A DNA stretch of 38,745 nt, taken from NCBI GenBank assembly GCA_002338385.1, contig DDIE01000034.1, forward strand, positions 22,828 to 61,572, given 5' to 3'. The first letter of the stretch is position 1, and each line of letters starts with the position of its first letter. The translations under genes were made by a program, and so were the position numbers. Source of the DNA: Proteobacteria bacterium UBA1858. GTDB lineage: Bacteria; Pseudomonadota; Gammaproteobacteria; UBA4575. Positions 20,766 to 29,500 of the stretch are shown piece after piece. The notes below the pieces were generated by a model. It did no database searches. It had not been told where the DNA came from and saw only the letters and a list, made by a program, of their open reading frames with translations.

Positions 20766-22718
20766 CTAGTGATCACCTAGTGCCATATCGATATAGCCGG
20801 TAGGGCATACATCAGCACAGATATGACAACCAACACATTTAGCATAGTCAGTATCGACGTAACGACCGGTAGTCTTCTTGTCCTTCTTGACCCGGAAGAC
20901 TGCGTCTTGTGGGCAGTAGATGACACAGTTATCACACTCGAAACACATGCCACAACTCATGCAACGACCCGCTTCTTCAATGGCCTGTTCTTCGCTGAGT
21001 GCTATCATGCGCTCCTCAAAGTGACCTAGGACTTCTTCTGAAGTGGGCACAACCGAGCCACGCTGTTTGCGTGGTGTGAATTCAAAGTGACCCAAATATA
21101 GACGATCAGCAGAAATGATTTCTTGACCAGAACGATCCTCGTAATTATGGACTAACGCCTCTGATTCATCCGAACCGCGTATCTCACCAGCAGCGTAATC
21201 TTCTGGTTGCAAACCTGATTCTTTTAATTTTGATAATAGATCAAAGTGATGGACATCAACCTTTGGTCGCTTGCCATACTCTTTATTGTTGAGATAGTAA
21301 TCAACACTGTCGGCACAGATAGAGGCTTGACCAATTGCTGTTGTTAACAAGTGCGGACGAATAATATCACCACACACAAAGTGCCCATCTTTGCCTGGCA
21401 CTTGATAATGATTATCGGCATCGATTAAACCACGCCCATTATCAAAGTCTTCTAGTCCGTCTAAATCACCACCCTGACCAATGGCTGAAACAACCAAGTC
21501 GCATTCGATTTCATACTCAGTGCCTTCAACGGGTGTTGGACGACCACCCTGGAGCTCACATTTAGCCATGCGTAATGCTTTTGCCCGACCATTTTCATCG
21601 AGTATGACTTCTACAGGCATCACCCCATTGTCAATCCGCACACCCTCGTGGATAGCATCATCCACTTCGTATTCAGCGGCAGTCATGTCTTCACGCTGGA
21701 ATAAGGATGTTAAAGTGACGTTCGCACCCTCACGGGCTGCAGCATACGCTGCATCATGCGCAACATAGCCGCCAATAACATGTTCAGGGGCTTCTTTTTT
21801 ATCCAATGATGAAATCTGACCAAGGCGACGTGCAACTGACACGACGTCGATTGAAGTATCACCACCGCCGACACAGACAACCTTGTCTGCAGTCACTTTC
21901 AAAATACCCTTGTTGAATGCTTCTAAGAATTTTACGCCAGATACGCAATTGGGTGCATCACCACCCGGCACAGGTAAACTACGACCTGTCTGACAACCCA
22001 GCGCCCAGATCACGGCATCGTATTCTTGCTCTACATCTTCTATCGCGACATCACGACCAACGCGAGTATTCATGCGCGTTTCAATATCACCTAAGTCCAG
22101 AATGCGCTGAATTTCCGCATCCAGATAATCGCGTGGTGTTCGATAGCCAGGAATACCATAGCGGAACATGCCACCAAGCTCGGCATGATCATCAAAAATC
22201 ACACTGGCATGGCCTTTACGTCGTAACTGATAGGCCGCAGCGAGGCCCGCTGGGCCACCACCAATAATTGCAACACGCTTACCAGATAGTGCGGCTGGCG
22301 CCTGGTATTTATAGCCCTCATGGGTGGCGGTATCACCGATGTATTGTTCGACAGAGTTGATACCAACGAAATCTTCAACATGATTCCGGTTACAGCCTTC
22401 CTGACATGGTGCCGGACATACACGTCCCATCATTGAGGGGAATGGATTTGCATCCGTGGAGCGACGAAATGCATATTCCTGCATGGTGACACCTTCAGGT
22501 GGCGCTTCAATACCACGCACGATATCCAACCAGCCTCGAATATCTTCACCGGACGGACACGAACCTTGACATGGTGGTGTGCGATGCACATAAGTCGGAC
22601 ACTTGTGTGAGGTATCACCTTCAAAAATTTGATCCCCGTAGTTACCCCATGTGTGGTCACCGTCTTCGTATTTTCTGAAAGTCAGTTTATATGACATGTC
22701 GTCTTTTGAAGTAGCCAT
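20766..22718 (-). CDS. dsrL: DsrL, iron-sulfur flavoprotein (NAD(P)H:acceptor oxidoreductase)
   Basis: PPCQGSCP, GRVCPAPCQEGCNR and GGGPAG motifs; C-terminal ferredoxin domain (CMSCGMCFECDNC, CVGCHICADVCP). Confidence 0.96.
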   Translation of the reverse strand: MATSKDDMSYKLTFRKYEDGDHTWGNYGDQIFEGDTSHKCPTYVHRTPPCQGSCPSGEDIRGWLDIVRGIEAPPEGVTMQEYAFRRSTDANPFPSMMGRVCPAPCQEGCNRNHVEDFVGINSVEQYIGDTATHEGYKYQAPAALSGKRVAIIGGGPAGLAAAYQLRRKGHASVIFDDHAELGGMFRYGIPGYRTPRDYLDAEIQRILDLGDIETRMNTRVGRDVAIEDVEQEYDAVIWALGCQTGRSLPVPGGDAPNCVSGVKFLEAFNKGILKVTADKVVCVGGGDTSIDVVSVARRLGQISSLDKKEAPEHVIGGYVAHDAAYAAAREGANVTLTSLFQREDMTAAEYEVDDAIHEGVRIDNGVMPVEVILDENGRAKALRMAKCELQGGRPTPVEGTEYEIECDLVVSAIGQGGDLDGLEDFDNGRGLIDADNHYQVPGKDGHFVCGDIIRPHLLTTAIGQASICADSVDYYLNNKEYGKRPKVDVHHFDLLSKLKESGLQPEDYAAGEIRGSDESEALVHNYEDRSGQEIISADRLYLGHFEFTPRKQRGSVVPTSEEVLGHFEERMIALSEEQAIEEAGRCMSCGMCFECDNCVIYCPQDAVFRVKKDKKTTGRYVDTDYAKCVGCHICADVCPTGYIDMALGDH

Positions 22719-22763
22719 AACTTTGCTCCTAGTTAAACTATCTATGTTTTAAATCGGTTAAGA

Positions 22764-24308
22764 CTATGCCGCTTCGGCATCGTCTGATTGTTTGTCTTCG
22801 TCACTATCGCCCTCATCCGCCTGGGTGAGTACGATGGCGTTACTGACCAACTGATGGACACTGACTATTTGGTCCATGGTGAAGTCGTAGTAAGGGAATA
22901 CCTTCGAAAACTGGCTTTTGCAGATGGCACAGATGGCCGCCATATGGGTAACACCATTGTTTTCAGTCACGTGCTTGAGCGCTTCCATTCTTGGTAATGC
23001 GCCTTTAACACGCAATTCAATCAAATCGTCTGTCAGCAAACCACCACCGCCACCGCAACAGTAAGTACCTTCTTTAATTGCATGCTCGGGCATGTCATAA
23101 AAGTTATTGCAGGTTGCCTTAATAATATCACGCGGAATGGTGAACTGACCGCCAGGGACGTCGCCCATACGTGATGCGCGTGCGACATTACATGAGTCAT
23201 GGTAGGTCAATGTCATATGATCATTTTCAGTCTTATCAAACGTGAGCGCATTTTTTTGGATTAAGTCATGCGTGTATTCACAAATATGTTGTGGTACCGG
23301 GTAGTTAGGGTCAAGAAAGTCAAATGGTCCCGCGAGCGTGTTCAAGAAACTGTAGGCCACTCGCCATGCATGCCCGCACTCACCAAATACGATACGCTTA
23401 ACACCCAGATCCAGGGCCGCTTGGCGTATTCTCAACGCAAGCTTACGCATGTTTTCATAACTCCCAATGAACATACCGAAATTGGCAGCTTCACTGGCGT
23501 ATGAACTCAGCGTCCATGAGGCACCGGCCTCGTGGAATACTTTGGCATAACCTATTAAGCCGTCGATATGCGGTTCAGCAAAGAAGTCTGCTGACGGGGT
23601 AATGAGTAGAATATCGGCACCCTTAACATCTAGAGGGAATTTAACTGCGACGCCGGTTTCTTCTTCGACATCTTCTTCCAAGCCCTCAAGCGTGTCGATC
23701 AGTGCTGGCTCTGGCAGCCCGAGGTTATTGCCTAGGGTCTGAGCTTTACCAATAATTTCGTTACAGTATTTCTGGCCTTTACCGACCGTATCCATAACTT
23801 CACGTGCAGCCATAGAGATTTCTGCCGTGTCTATGCCATACGGGCAGTAGACTGAACAGCGACGGCACTGCGAGCATTGATGGAAGTAGGTATACCAGTC
23901 GTCCAATACTTCCTCGGTCAGATCTTCCGCCCCGACCAACTTAGGCACTAGCTTGCCGGCCAGAGTGTAATAGCGACGGTAGACTTTTCGAAACAAATCT
24001 TGTCGTGCTACCGGCATGTTCTTGGGATCAGTCGTGCCTAGGTAGTAATGGCATTTGTCCGTGCAGGCACCGCACTTGACGCATGAGTCGAGAAAGACCT
24101 GCAGTGAGCGATATTTATTGGTCAGCTCACCCATTTTCGCTATCGCGACTTCCTTCCAGTTCTCGACTAGCTCGCCCGGATAACCTAACGGCTCCTGAAA
24201 CTTATCTTTAGCAACATATGGGCTGCTATGCGCCATCGCATCTCTCTGCAGCTTCGGAATGATTGGGTATTCCTTGAGTTCCGGGGTCGCGAATTCTACC
24301 TTAGCCAT
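22764..24308 (-). CDS. dsrK: DsrK, HdrD-like Fe-S catalytic subunit
   Basis: CVKCGACTDKC, CSQCRRCSVYCP and CCG domain (CCGGGGG ... CAIC). Confidence 0.97.
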   Translation of the reverse strand: MAKVEFATPELKEYPIIPKLQRDAMAHSSPYVAKDKFQEPLGYPGELVENWKEVAIAKMGELTNKYRSLQVFLDSCVKCGACTDKCHYYLGTTDPKNMPVARQDLFRKVYRRYYTLAGKLVPKLVGAEDLTEEVLDDWYTYFHQCSQCRRCSVYCPYGIDTAEISMAAREVMDTVGKGQKYCNEIIGKAQTLGNNLGLPEPALIDTLEGLEEDVEEETGVAVKFPLDVKGADILLITPSADFFAEPHIDGLIGYAKVFHEAGASWTLSSYASEAANFGMFIGSYENMRKLALRIRQAALDLGVKRIVFGECGHAWRVAYSFLNTLAGPFDFLDPNYPVPQHICEYTHDLIQKNALTFDKTENDHMTLTYHDSCNVARASRMGDVPGGQFTIPRDIIKATCNNFYDMPEHAIKEGTYCCGGGGGLLTDDLIELRVKGALPRMEALKHVTENNGVTHMAAICAICKSQFSKVFPYYDFTMDQIVSVHQLVSNAIVLTQADEGDSDEDKQSDDAEAA

Positions 24309-24319
24309 AACTGTATCTC

Positions 24320-25051
24320 TTATTTACTCTCTGATGATTCAAGCTTAATTGCCCATGCTGCAACGTGGCGTCTTTCTCTTGGATTATCCACCTGATTTCG
24401 GGTAGGACTGAAGAAAATGCCCGGCGCATGCAGTAATTTTGATATGGGGAAGATTGCCATTAAAAGGATCACTAAGGAAAGGTGTACAACTAATATGGGA
24501 TCTGTTGGCATAGTACGAATGTCAAACACCATCAAACCCAGTAGGTAGTCTTTAAGCGTGACGATGTCGGCATTTGTGACAAAAGTCATTAATGCACCTG
24601 TGGCGCCAATGGCTATGATTAACAGCAGCATTAGGTAATCGGAGGGTGCCGATATGTAGCGCACGCGATCAACCACGATACGGCGCAACAACAGACCGCC
24701 CAACCCCGCCAACATCATGAGTGAGGCGTATTTGCCAAATGGCTGGATAAGTTCAACCCACCACCAGACTGGTTCGGTGAAGTAGCGCAAGTGTCTGAGC
24801 AGGACCAGTAGCATGCCCATATGGAACAACCAACCAAACAGCCATATCCATTTATTAGATTTGAATAGGCTCTCAAAAATGGTCAGTTCTTTCAGCATTC
24901 TGAAAGCCACACCGGATCTAGTTGTCGGTGCCGGTGTCGTAGGAATTTTCAGTGGTGCAGGTGTATTCAGGTATTTACGAGTACGCGCTGCCAGGCCCAA
25001 TACCAGAATAGCAGTGGCCAGATAAAACAAGATAGCAAATAGTACAGACAT
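24320..25051 (-). CDS. dsrM: DsrM, NarI-like membrane b-type cytochrome
   Basis: PAPLKIPTTPAP, WLFH...RHLRY and SKLLHAPG.FFSPTRNQVDNPRE motifs. Confidence 0.96.
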   Translation of the reverse strand: MSVLFAILFYLATAILVLGLAARTRKYLNTPAPLKIPTTPAPTTRSGVAFRMLKELTIFESLFKSNKWIWLFGWLFHMGMLLVLLRHLRYFTEPVWWWVELIQPFGKYASLMMLAGLGGLLLRRIVVDRVRYISAPSDYLMLLLIIAIGATGALMTFVTNADIVTLKDYLLGLMVFDIRTMPTDPILVVHLSLVILLMAIFPISKLLHAPGIFFSPTRNQVDNPRERRHVAAWAIKLESSESK

Positions 25052-25099
25052 GTGTGTGTGATGTGTCCCTAGAGAAATATGTGTGAATTGATCATAATT

Positions 25100-25130
25100 A
25101 CACCGTACCCAAACATCTCGAGTACGGTGC
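25100..25130 (-). other. Stem-loop between dsrC and dsrM
   Basis: mRNA sense GCACCGUACUCGAG-AUG-UUUGGGUACGGUGU, about 14 bp with G-U pairs; no U-tract follows. Confidence 0.7.
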
Positions 25131-25165
25131 TTTGGATCACTTCCAACAGTTACTTCTGTCTTGTG

Positions 25166-25498
25166 TTACACGCAACCCGTAGGCTTAGGAAGACCTGCAT
25201 ATTTACATGCTTGCTTGGCAGGACCATAGGGGAATAGCTCATATAAATACTTGCTATTACCTTTATCTTTACCCAGCTTTTTACCAATTGCTTTGGTCAG
25301 CACGCGTACAGCTGGAGCAATTTGATACTCTTCGTAGTATTCACGTAGGAAATTGATCACTTCCCAGTGATGCTCTTCCAGTGGTGCACCATCCGCTATA
25401 GCCATTGCTGTAGCAAGCTCCGGACGCCATTGGTTTAAATCAGCGAGGTAACCCTCTTCGTCAGTTTCGTAACTTTGGCCATCAACTTCTATTGCCAT
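25166..25498 (-). CDS. dsrC: DsrC sulfur carrier
   Basis: C-terminus KQACKYAGLPKPTGCV retains both conserved cysteines (CysB and CysA). Confidence 0.98.
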   Translation of the reverse strand: MAIEVDGQSYETDEEGYLADLNQWRPELATAMAIADGAPLEEHHWEVINFLREYYEEYQIAPAVRVLTKAIGKKLGKDKGNSKYLYELFPYGPAKQACKYAGLPKPTGCV

Positions 25499-25543
25499 GA
25501 TTTTCTCCTGTTAAAGTTTGCTAAGCGCGAATCGTATAGTAAT

Positions 25544-25852
25544 TTACAGCCAAGACTGGACAGAATCGTGAGCTACCGTCAAATCAACGAATCCGTTGTA
25601 ATCCACTACCTTGACGCCCTCCACAACATTACCTTCACTCAGCCCGCGCGCTTTCAAATCGGGACCAAGCACATAAAATGAGATGTTCGCCATCGCCTCT
25701 GCCATAGATTGAGAGTACTTAGTACCTTGCATGGCTGCGATAACTCCATCCTCCATTAGCAAAACAGAACTACCTGCCTTGGCTAATCGAATGCATGATT
25801 CGAGCGCATTTCTCTCAAATGGGCTCTTATTAACTGTGTGTAGCATTGACAT
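25544..25852 (-). CDS. dsrH: Sulfurtransferase subunit DsrH
   Basis: MLHTVNKSPFE...LESC and DLKARG motifs. Confidence 0.96.
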   Translation of the reverse strand: MSMLHTVNKSPFERNALESCIRLAKAGSSVLLMEDGVIAAMQGTKYSQSMAEAMANISFYVLGPDLKARGLSEGNVVEGVKVVDYNGFVDLTVAHDSVQSWL

Positions 25853-25863
25853 ATTTGAATCCT

Positions 25864-26286
25864 TTAAAAACTGAACACTACATCTTGCTGATCGATAACC
25901 TCAGCAAGTTCTTCACGTGAGACAAGATGAATGGAATCTTTTTCTGCCCAATCATCATCTTCGTCCTCGTAAGTCAGTGCCTGCAGATCCTCCAATGTCA
26001 GGCCACGCTCATCGAGTGACTCTTTTTCTATGTAAATCTTCTTGATGTCGTAATCACCTAGCGCTGAATATGTCGGCGAGAAATTTTTCATGCCAATGTC
26101 ATCGGTACTTTGGGAATTAGTCAGCTGGTAGACACCGTCATCGGCAAACACCAAACTGACATCTTGATCGAATGCAGCAGCAATCAATACGACTTCCAGA
26201 GATTCAAGCGCGTAGATGGTTCCGTAGGGTGCTTTACGGTTCATATACATGAATTTTTTGACTACTTGATCGTCATCATTGTCCAT
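25864..26286 (-). CDS. dsrF: Sulfurtransferase subunit DsrF
   Basis: RKAPYGTIYALESLE and DDGVYQL motifs. Confidence 0.96.
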   Translation of the reverse strand: MDNDDDQVVKKFMYMNRKAPYGTIYALESLEVVLIAAAFDQDVSLVFADDGVYQLTNSQSTDDIGMKNFSPTYSALGDYDIKKIYIEKESLDERGLTLEDLQALTYEDEDDDWAEKDSIHLVSREELAEVIDQQDVVFSF

Positions 26287-26301
26287 TGCTTATTCTCCTC
26301 T

Positions 26302-26694
26302 CTAGTCGCCAAACACGACCAAGCGATCAGCCTGAATACCAGCTTCAATCAGCTGACCCAGACCCGAGATGCGGAAACCTTCGATAACATTATGCGAGGT
26401 TTTACCGTTACGTTTAGCTTCATCTTCATCCAGGATACCTCGGCGCTGAGCCGCGGCAACACATAGCACCAGATCAACGCCATGATCTTTAGCAAGTGCC
26501 GACCATTGATCAGGGATGTGACGATCATCTTGCGGGGGGACCGCGAGCGAGGTGCCGTTATTGACACCATCGTGATAGAAAAATACCCGAAATACCTCGT
26601 GACCTTTATCAATAGCCGCTTTGGTAAACTTGTAAGCAGAGTCAGAAGCCTGATGTGTGTAAGGCCCCTCGTTAACTAATATTCCATATTTCAC
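26302..26694 (-). CDS. dsrE: Sulfurtransferase subunit DsrE
   Basis: VFFYHDGV, active-site LCVAAAQRRG and SGLGQL motifs. Confidence 0.97.
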   Translation of the reverse strand: MKYGILVNEGPYTHQASDSAYKFTKAAIDKGHEVFRVFFYHDGVNNGTSLAVPPQDDRHIPDQWSALAKDHGVDLVLCVAAAQRRGILDEDEAKRNGKTSHNVIEGFRISGLGQLIEAGIQADRLVVFGD

Positions 26695-26713
26695 AGTGAT
26701 TCCTGCCTCAAGC

Positions 26714-27787
26714 TTAGAAACGGATATGAGTTGAAGAGTTCAAGCTACGGCGCGCGCCTCTCCAGTTGTCAATATGGAATTTTGTAAATGGCAGCTCAGT
26801 AAGCTCGAAAAATCTTGGCCAACCAACACGCTCAACCCAGTCGTTAATACGCTCCCAGTCTCGAGCATCTTCCTTGTAGGCACGCAAAATCCGCTTCACG
26901 ATCGCGGTGGCTTCCGGCCAGCGTGGTGGATTGTTAGGAATACCCGCTGCTACGAGTTTTTGGAAAGTTGGCTTACCGCGTGCGTTGGAGTGATTACCAC
27001 CAACCCAAATGGCTAGCTTGGAATGTTCAGCATCATTGATTTGCATAGGCGGACAGGGTGGGAAACATGCACCACAACAAATACATTTCTTCTCGTCCAC
27101 TTCTAGTGAAGGCTTACCATTGACTTGAGCTGGACGAATCGCAGCCACCGGGCAACGTGCCACAACTGATGGTCGCTCACAAACATTTGATACTAAATCA
27201 TGATTAATTTTTGGCGGCTTGGTGTGTTGAACGTTGATCGCAATATCACCCTGCCCACCACAGTTGATCTGGCAGCAAGAGGTGGTGATATGCACTCGGT
27301 TCGGCATGTTATTTTCACGAAACTCATCAATTAACTCGTCCATCATTGCCTTTACCACACCCGATGCATCAGTCCCTGGGATATCACAATGTAACCAGCC
27401 CTGCGTGTGTGAAATCATAGCCACTGAATTTTTAGTGCCACCAACAACAAAACCGTCTGCTTCTAGGGCATCAATCAGTGGTTGTACTTTGGCTTCATCA
27501 GAGACCATGTACTCGATGTTCGAACGAATAGTGAAGCGCACGTAACCGTCAGCGTATTTATCACCGATATCGCATAATGTTCGCAGTGTGTAGACATCCA
27601 GAATACGCTGGGTGCCGGCACGAACCGTCCAAATTTGGTCGCCATTGTGAGCCACGTGCAAAAGCACGCCAGGACGCGGATGTTCATGATAATCCCACGC
27701 ACCATAATTCTTACGCATCACTGGGTGCATGTATTGAAAGCCATCTGGACAGCCAGATTCAATCGGGGGTCTGTTTTCTTGTGCCAT
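26714..27787 (-). CDS. dsrB: Reverse dissimilatory sulfite reductase beta subunit
   Basis: HTQGWLHCDIP, SCCQINCGG and CICCGACFPPC motifs; oxidative type supported by linked dsrEFH and dsrL. Confidence 0.98.
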   Translation of the reverse strand: MAQENRPPIESGCPDGFQYMHPVMRKNYGAWDYHEHPRPGVLLHVAHNGDQIWTVRAGTQRILDVYTLRTLCDIGDKYADGYVRFTIRSNIEYMVSDEAKVQPLIDALEADGFVVGGTKNSVAMISHTQGWLHCDIPGTDASGVVKAMMDELIDEFRENNMPNRVHITTSCCQINCGGQGDIAINVQHTKPPKINHDLVSNVCERPSVVARCPVAAIRPAQVNGKPSLEVDEKKCICCGACFPPCPPMQINDAEHSKLAIWVGGNHSNARGKPTFQKLVAAGIPNNPPRWPEATAIVKRILRAYKEDARDWERINDWVERVGWPRFFELTELPFTKFHIDNWRGARRSLNSSTHIRF

Positions 27788-27812
27788 TATAATCTCCTGA
27801 TTTTACAGGTTT

Positions 27813-27842
27813 AAAGCCCTCCCCATTGCTGGGAAAGGCTTT
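27813..27842 (-). other. 13-bp stem with GCAA (GNRA) tetraloop between dsrA and dsrB
   Basis: mRNA sense AAAGCCUUUCCCA-GCAA-UGGGGAGGGCUUU; fully paired only on the sense strand thanks to G-U pairs. Confidence 0.75.
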
Positions 27843-27880
27843 CACAAAGTTAAAAATAATTTTTGCGCGGAAGGTAAGGA

Positions 27881-29140
27881 TTAACTCGCAGCTTTTTCTT
27901 CAGCTTTGCGGTTGAACCACTTCTCAGCTTCTTCGTCCCATCCATCCATACGGACGTAAGAGCTTTGGCGAGGATCGTTGACCATATTAGGATCAACATC
28001 TATGCCCACACCTTCTAGGAAGTTGACTAGACCAATACGCTCTACCATCTCTCCACAACGTTCGTGCTCTAGACCGTTCTCTGCCCAGAAGTCGATAGTC
28101 TCTTCCGCCATCTCGGTTAATTTTTCGTAATCATCCTCAGACTCGAGCTTCATGAAAGGAACCACTACTGTGCCCATCAAATCACCAATCTTGAGGGTAC
28201 GCTTACCACCAATCAGGATTGTTGCGCCTTTGTCGTCACCAGGTGAGAGCGCCTTGACCATCACATTCATGCAATGCATGCAGCGCACACAATTACGATT
28301 ATCGACATCCATAGTGTCGTCATCTTTGAGTGACAGCGCCTTGGTCGGACAACGTGTCACCACGTTATCGATGACGTACTCGCGACCCTTGCGTGCGACA
28401 AACTTCTTAACCTCTTCCTGATCGACCTTCATGTCATCGCGCCAGGTGCCGATAATGGCAAAGTCAGAACGTTCGATTGAGTTCATGCAGTCATTACCGC
28501 AGCCAGAGACCTTGAACTTGAATTTGTATGGCAGGGCTGGGCGATGCACATCATCAGTGAAGTTATTCAATAATGTGCGGTGAATTTTCATTTCGTCGAT
28601 GTTGGACATTTCACAGCGTGCTGCGCCCACGCATGACATGCCAGTGCGCACACACGGACCAGCACCACCAAGGTCCCAGCCGTATTCGTTGATTTCGTCG
28701 AAGAAGTGTTGCGTGTTGTCGGTCGATGTTCCGATGAACATGATGTTGCCAGTTTGACCATGGAAAGTTACCAGACCAGAACCCCATTTTTCCCAACTAT
28801 CGCCCAACTGACGAAGCATATCTGTGGTGTAGTAGTTGCCTGCAGGTGGCTGCACTCGCAGGGTGTGGAATTCCTTGGACTCAGGGAATGAACTGCCCAC
28901 TTCAGAAAAGCGTGGAATGATGCCTGAACCGTAACCGAATACACTGACTGTACCACCCTTCCAATACCCTTTACGGGTCTCATAGGAGTGCTCAAGTTGA
29001 CCCAGCAAATCATTCGCCATGCCGCTAATGCGCTGATCTTCATGTTTGTCACGCAGGCGTTTAATGCCTGATATAAAGCTTGGCCATGGTCCATTTTCTA
29101 ACTCATCAAGCATTGGCGTATCATGATGCTGGTCAGCCAT
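27881..29140 (-). CDS. dsrA: Reverse dissimilatory sulfite reductase alpha subunit
   Basis: TPMLDELENGPWPSF, CVGAARC, KFKFKVSGCGNDC and CVRCMHC motifs; AGGAGA SD. Confidence 0.98.
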   Translation of the reverse strand: MADQHHDTPMLDELENGPWPSFISGIKRLRDKHEDQRISGMANDLLGQLEHSYETRKGYWKGGTVSVFGYGSGIIPRFSEVGSSFPESKEFHTLRVQPPAGNYYTTDMLRQLGDSWEKWGSGLVTFHGQTGNIMFIGTSTDNTQHFFDEINEYGWDLGGAGPCVRTGMSCVGAARCEMSNIDEMKIHRTLLNNFTDDVHRPALPYKFKFKVSGCGNDCMNSIERSDFAIIGTWRDDMKVDQEEVKKFVARKGREYVIDNVVTRCPTKALSLKDDDTMDVDNRNCVRCMHCMNVMVKALSPGDDKGATILIGGKRTLKIGDLMGTVVVPFMKLESEDDYEKLTEMAEETIDFWAENGLEHERCGEMVERIGLVNFLEGVGIDVDPNMVNDPRQSSYVRMDGWDEEAEKWFNRKAEEKAAS

Positions 29141-29232
29141 TTCTATTCTCCTAGTGTCCTAAGTATCCCCAAGCGTGTTTCACCTTGAGTGGGTTAATTT
29201 ATTCGTTATGCGTTGCTTTTGCTCAACGCTAT

Positions 29233-29262
29233 ATTCTACGCTGCAGTCTAGGGTTGAGTCGA
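29233..29262 (-). promoter_or_regulatory. Candidate sigma70 promoter for dsrA
   Basis: TCGACT (29262-29257), 18-nt spacer, TAGAAT (29238-29233); would give a structured leader of roughly 85 nt. Confidence 0.4.
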
Positions 29263-29500
29263 TAGCAGCAAAATCCTACCTATGGGGGGCGGTGTTATAG
29301 GCACATTATCTCAACCGGGATATAGTACTCAATATAATCCAGAGCACAGATGTGCTCGACGCATATAAAACACTGAATAAACAATGCTTTATGATGATTA
29401 GGCTGGAACTCTATACCTGACTAATTTAGTCTGATTAAAATTGCTATTATTAGCTTAATTCGCCAAGCTGTATAGCACCACGAAGACTTACATCCCATCT

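Noticed and set aside
25051-25062. TG dinucleotide run just upstream of dsrM as a phase-variable tract
   Set aside because: Only about five units and non-coding; too short to support slippage.
28988-28995. Exact TTGAGCAC (CRISPR handle-like 8-mer) inside dsrA
   Set aside because: Explained by the coding of conserved L-E-H residues; an 8-mer is expected about once by chance in a window this size.
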